From Gammaproteobacteria bacterium (GTDB lineage Bacteria; Pseudomonadota; Gammaproteobacteria; UBA4575), in NCBI GenBank assembly GCA_965247265.1, contig OZ252002.1:483280-547279 (forward strand): DNA of 64,000 nt, written 5' to 3'. This document shows positions 61,017 through 64,000 of this stretch, in pieces (position 1 is the stretch's first letter; each line of letters starts with the position of its first letter). Position numbers and translations under genes: made by a program. The notes under the pieces are model-generated. The model made no database searches and was not told where the DNA came from. It saw only the letters and a program-made list of their open reading frames with translations.

Positions 61017-62468
61017 TTAAGCATACTGTCTTCGCTCATTGGATGGCGGAATATCCATGGATTCTCTATATTTGGCAATGGTGCGACGAGCAATGCTGAT
61101 GCCTTTTTGTTCAAGTATATTTGCAATTTTATTATCGCTGAGTGGTTTAGTGTGGTTTTCTTCTTTTATTAACTTTTTGATCATTGCTCTTATTGCAGTA
61201 GCTGAGCAAATACCCCCATCATTTGTGTTGACATGACTGGAAAAAAAGTACTTGAATTCTAAAATGCCTCGCGGACTTTCAAAGTATTTGTTTGTTGTAA
61301 CGCGCGATATTGTTGATTCATGCATACCGAGTTCCTCAGCAATATCTCTTAGTACCAAGGGCCGCATAGCTTCTTCACCGTATTCAAAAAAACTACGCTG
61401 ATGTTTTACAATTGATGTTGCTACACGCATTAAAGTCTCATTACGGCTCTGTAAGCTTTTTATGAACCACCGCGCTTCTTGTAATTGATTGCGTAAATAA
61501 TCAGTTTCACTATTGTTATTTGAAGTTTTAATTATACCTGTGGAAACATCACTAATACGTAATTTTGGTGCGCTATCGGAATTTAATTTAACCCTCCAGG
61601 CACCGTTATGTTTGTCTACATATACATCAGGAACTATATATTCTGATTTTTGATTACTGAATAAATCCCCTGGCCTAGGATGCAAAGTCTGAATTAACAA
61701 AATTGCTGCATCAATTTGATCGGATGAAAATTTGCTGAGTTTCGCTAACTGCTTAAAGTCTTTGGATGCTACCAATTCGAGGTGCATACGCACAATTGTG
61801 CGCGCTTCTTCTAAATAAGGTGTGTTATCAGCTAATTGCTGAAGTTGAATATTCAGACATTCTTTAAGTGATTGTGCAGCAGAGCCAATCGGATCTAACT
61901 GTTGCACATATTTCAGTACTGCGGCTACTTCATCTAATTCAATTTCGAACTCTTTAATTAAATTTGCATGAATACTTTCCAGAGATTCGTTTAAGTATCC
62001 AGAGTCATCCAGCGCATCAATTAAAGTGCTAGCAATTATTCGATCCTGAACGGTTAATGAGCTAAGCTCTACTTGCCATTCTAAATGCTGCTGAAGAGAG
62101 TTAGATTCTTCGCTAGTTTGATTAAGTAAATAGTCTGAAAAATCCTCGTTTTGGCTACTGTGCGAAACAACGTCGGGCTCATAAATATCATCCCATTGGC
62201 TATCTACAGGTAGCTCATCAGGAAGCGTATCAATTTCGCCGACTTCTTGAGCGGCGCTGTTGATGGCATTGAGTTCCACGCTATCGACATTGGATGAGTC
62301 TTCTTCATGCTCTTCATCAGTTTCAAGCATAGGGTTGGACTCAAATGCGTTTTGTATTTCTACTTTTAGTTCCAGAGACGATAGCTGCAATAAGCGAATG
62401 GCCTGTTGCAATTGTGGGGTCATGGTCAATTGTTGACCGATGCGTAACTGTAAAGAAGGTTTGAGCAT
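61017..62468 (-). CDS. rpoN: RNA polymerase sigma-54
   Basis: MTPQLQQAIRLLQL, HESTISR, RpoN box ARRTIAKYR; ATG 62468 preferred. Confidence 0.98.
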   Translation of the reverse strand: MLKPSLQLRIGQQLTMTPQLQQAIRLLQLSSLELKVEIQNAFESNPMLETDEEHEEDSSNVDSVELNAINSAAQEVGEIDTLPDELPVDSQWDDIYEPDVVSHSSQNEDFSDYLLNQTSEESNSLQQHLEWQVELSSLTVQDRIIASTLIDALDDSGYLNESLESIHANLIKEFEIELDEVAAVLKYVQQLDPIGSAAQSLKECLNIQLQQLADNTPYLEEARTIVRMHLELVASKDFKQLAKLSKFSSDQIDAAILLIQTLHPRPGDLFSNQKSEYIVPDVYVDKHNGAWRVKLNSDSAPKLRISDVSTGIIKTSNNNSETDYLRNQLQEARWFIKSLQSRNETLMRVATSIVKHQRSFFEYGEEAMRPLVLRDIAEELGMHESTISRVTTNKYFESPRGILEFKYFFSSHVNTNDGGICSATAIRAMIKKLIKEENHTKPLSDNKIANILEQKGISIARRTIAKYRESMDIPPSNERRQYA

Positions 62469-62478
62469 AATAGGATTA

Positions 62479-62494
62479 TGGCATGATACTTGCT
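62479..62494 (+). promoter_or_regulatory. sigma54 -24/-12 element, opposite orientation to rpoN
   Basis: TGGCAT-GATAC-TTGCT (GG-N10-GC), 10 bp upstream of the rpoN start. Confidence 0.75.
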
Positions 62495-62606
62495 TACTAT
62501 GCACTCTAATACTTAACACCTCATCGTCAATATTTGACGCGTGGTGTAGTGAGTCAGATGTTTCATCAGAAAATTGACTAGTGAGATTTTATCGGGAGAG
62601 ACGGGT

Positions 62607-63335
62607 TTAGTTTATAGAAAAATTACTTCCTAAATAGACGTCGCGAACGCGTTGATCATTTAAAATACTCGATGGTGTTCCATCTGCCAACATTTGGCCT
62701 TCATTTAGAATATATGCTCGATGACATATCCCTAATGTTTCACGAACATTGTGATCAGTTATAAGTAGTCCTATGCCTTTATCACAAAGGTGACTCAATA
62801 TTGTTTGTATATCTTTAACGGAAATCGGATCAACGCCAGCGAAAGGTTCGTCAAGCAGCATAAATTTGGGGCGCATTGCTAGCGCTCTTGCAATTTCTGT
62901 GCGGCGTCTTTCACCACCAGATAAACTTACACCTTTGTTATCACGCAAATGCTCAATCTGCAAATCATCTAGTAAAGTGTCGCATTCTTTTTTTCGTTGA
63001 TTCTTATTTAAATCACCATGTGTTTCTAAGCTTACCAATACATTTTGCTCAACAGTAAGGCCTCTGAAAATTGAAGCCTCTTGTGGCAGGTAGCCAATCC
63101 CATGTTTCGCACGCATATGCATTGGCATTTCGGTAATATTTATATCGTCTAGGGAAATGTTTCCAGCATTGCACCGAACAAGGCCTACGATCATGTAGAA
63201 ACATGTCGTTTTGCCCGCTCCATTTGGTCCTAATAATCCAACAATTTCGCCTGAATTTATGTTTAGGTTAATATTATCAACGACAATTCGGTCCTTGTAT
63301 TTTTTGCTCAAATTACGTGTACTTAAACTGTTCAT
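62607..63335 (-). CDS. lptB: LPS export ABC ATPase
   Basis: [42 protein letters not shown]. Confidence 0.97.
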   Translation of the reverse strand: MNSLSTRNLSKKYKDRIVVDNINLNINSGEIVGLLGPNGAGKTTCFYMIVGLVRCNAGNISLDDINITEMPMHMRAKHGIGYLPQEASIFRGLTVEQNVLVSLETHGDLNKNQRKKECDTLLDDLQIEHLRDNKGVSLSGGERRRTEIARALAMRPKFMLLDEPFAGVDPISVKDIQTILSHLCDKGIGLLITDHNVRETLGICHRAYILNEGQMLADGTPSSILNDQRVRDVYLGSNFSIN

Positions 63336-63383
63336 GCAATTAACTTGTGTTAAGCACAAAAAATGTGCTCTATACCTGTCTAA

Positions 63384-63902
63384 TTAATTATTATCTTCTT
63401 CAGTTTTAACGGTTTCTGGGAAGACCGTTATATTAACTCGGTCATTTCCAGAAGAGCTTCCTGCGCTGACAATTTCCTTGTCGATATATATTACAATACG
63501 GTCACTTGCAAATGAATTTCCAGATTCTGTTAGTTTGGCTTTTTTTGTTAGAATAATTTTATTTTCTCGGATGTTGTATACAAGAGTTTTTGCTTCAGCG
63601 TTAACAAGCTTACCTTCATCTGTTGTCTGTTTAAATGTTGCAAGATCCCCGTCAGATATAATTTTTTGAACTTTTTTATTTGCAACTTCAAGTGTAACTT
63701 TGTCACCTGTTAGCATCATGCTGCCTTGTGTAATAACCACGTTACCAATATAAATACTGATGCCTGTTGAATCATTTATTTCGGCTGAGTCTGATTTAAT
63801 GTTAATAGGTTGGGCAGAATCGTCCGAAAGTGCAGCAACCCATGCTCCATAAGTGATAGCTATAAAAAATGTACAAAATAAGCAAATATTTTTATGGAGC
63901 AT
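63384..63902 (-). CDS. lptA: LPS transport periplasmic protein
   Basis: Signal peptide, D..QPI.I.SD, GNV..TQG, RV...I.P; upstream of lptB. Confidence 0.92.
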   Translation of the reverse strand: MLHKNICLFCTFFIAITYGAWVAALSDDSAQPINIKSDSAEINDSTGISIYIGNVVITQGSMMLTGDKVTLEVANKKVQKIISDGDLATFKQTTDEGKLVNAEAKTLVYNIRENKIILTKKAKLTESGNSFASDRIVIYIDKEIVSAGSSSGNDRVNITVFPETVKTEEDNN

Positions 63903-64000
63903 AGTGACCTTCTACATTGTTATGCAGGTAAAGAGTTTGTTCTTTATAATCCAGTGTCATCCCGATTGCAGTGACCATCTCAGATCCTCTAATTGCAGTA
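63892..64000 (-). CDS. lptC: LPS export protein LptC, 3' end only (partial at window edge)
   Basis: Hand translation ...TAIRGSEMVTAIGMTLDYKEQTLYLHNNVEGHYAP*; position upstream of lptA. Confidence 0.75.
   Translation of the reverse strand, partial: TAIRGSEMVTAIGMTLDYKEQTLYLHNNVEGHYAP

Overview
A 64-kb, AT-rich, mostly housekeeping chromosomal segment of a gammaproteobacterium. It carries folate genes, rpmB-rpmG, a desaturase, a hydantoinase-A-like gene, a GldA/F/G-type ABC system, a FkbO/Hyg5/XanB2-type chorismatase, mutM, ggt-coaD-rsmD-M16 peptidases, ftsYEX, rpoH, an aa3-type cytochrome c oxidase cluster, bioC/bioH, plsY-tsaD-rpsU-yqeY, hemE, mrcA, pilMNOPQ-aroK-aroB-dgt-damX-like, dnaG-rpoD-tRNA-Ile(CAT), one IS6 element, mgtE and the lptCAB-rpoN-hpf-ptsN-hprK-rapZ-EIIA-HPr-EI cluster. 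Most notable: (1) a stand-alone 70-aa homologue of the lambda Nu1 (terminase small subunit) DNA-binding domain with no other phage genes, next to a 62-aa ORF and a divergent output-less pseudo-REC/REC protein between ftsX and rpoH; (2) a perfect CIRCE element upstream of rpoH; (3) the aa3 oxidase catalytic subunits appear to be decaying (frameshift in subunit I, deletion plus frameshift and a CuA His->Arg change in subunit II) while the assembly genes stay intact; (4) pilQ has an open N-terminal extension with no canonical start codon; (5) a reverse-oriented sigma54 site just upstream of rpoN; (6) an IS6 element without target duplications at the tRNA, truncating a neighbouring gene. All family calls come from motif recognition by eye; no database searches were run.
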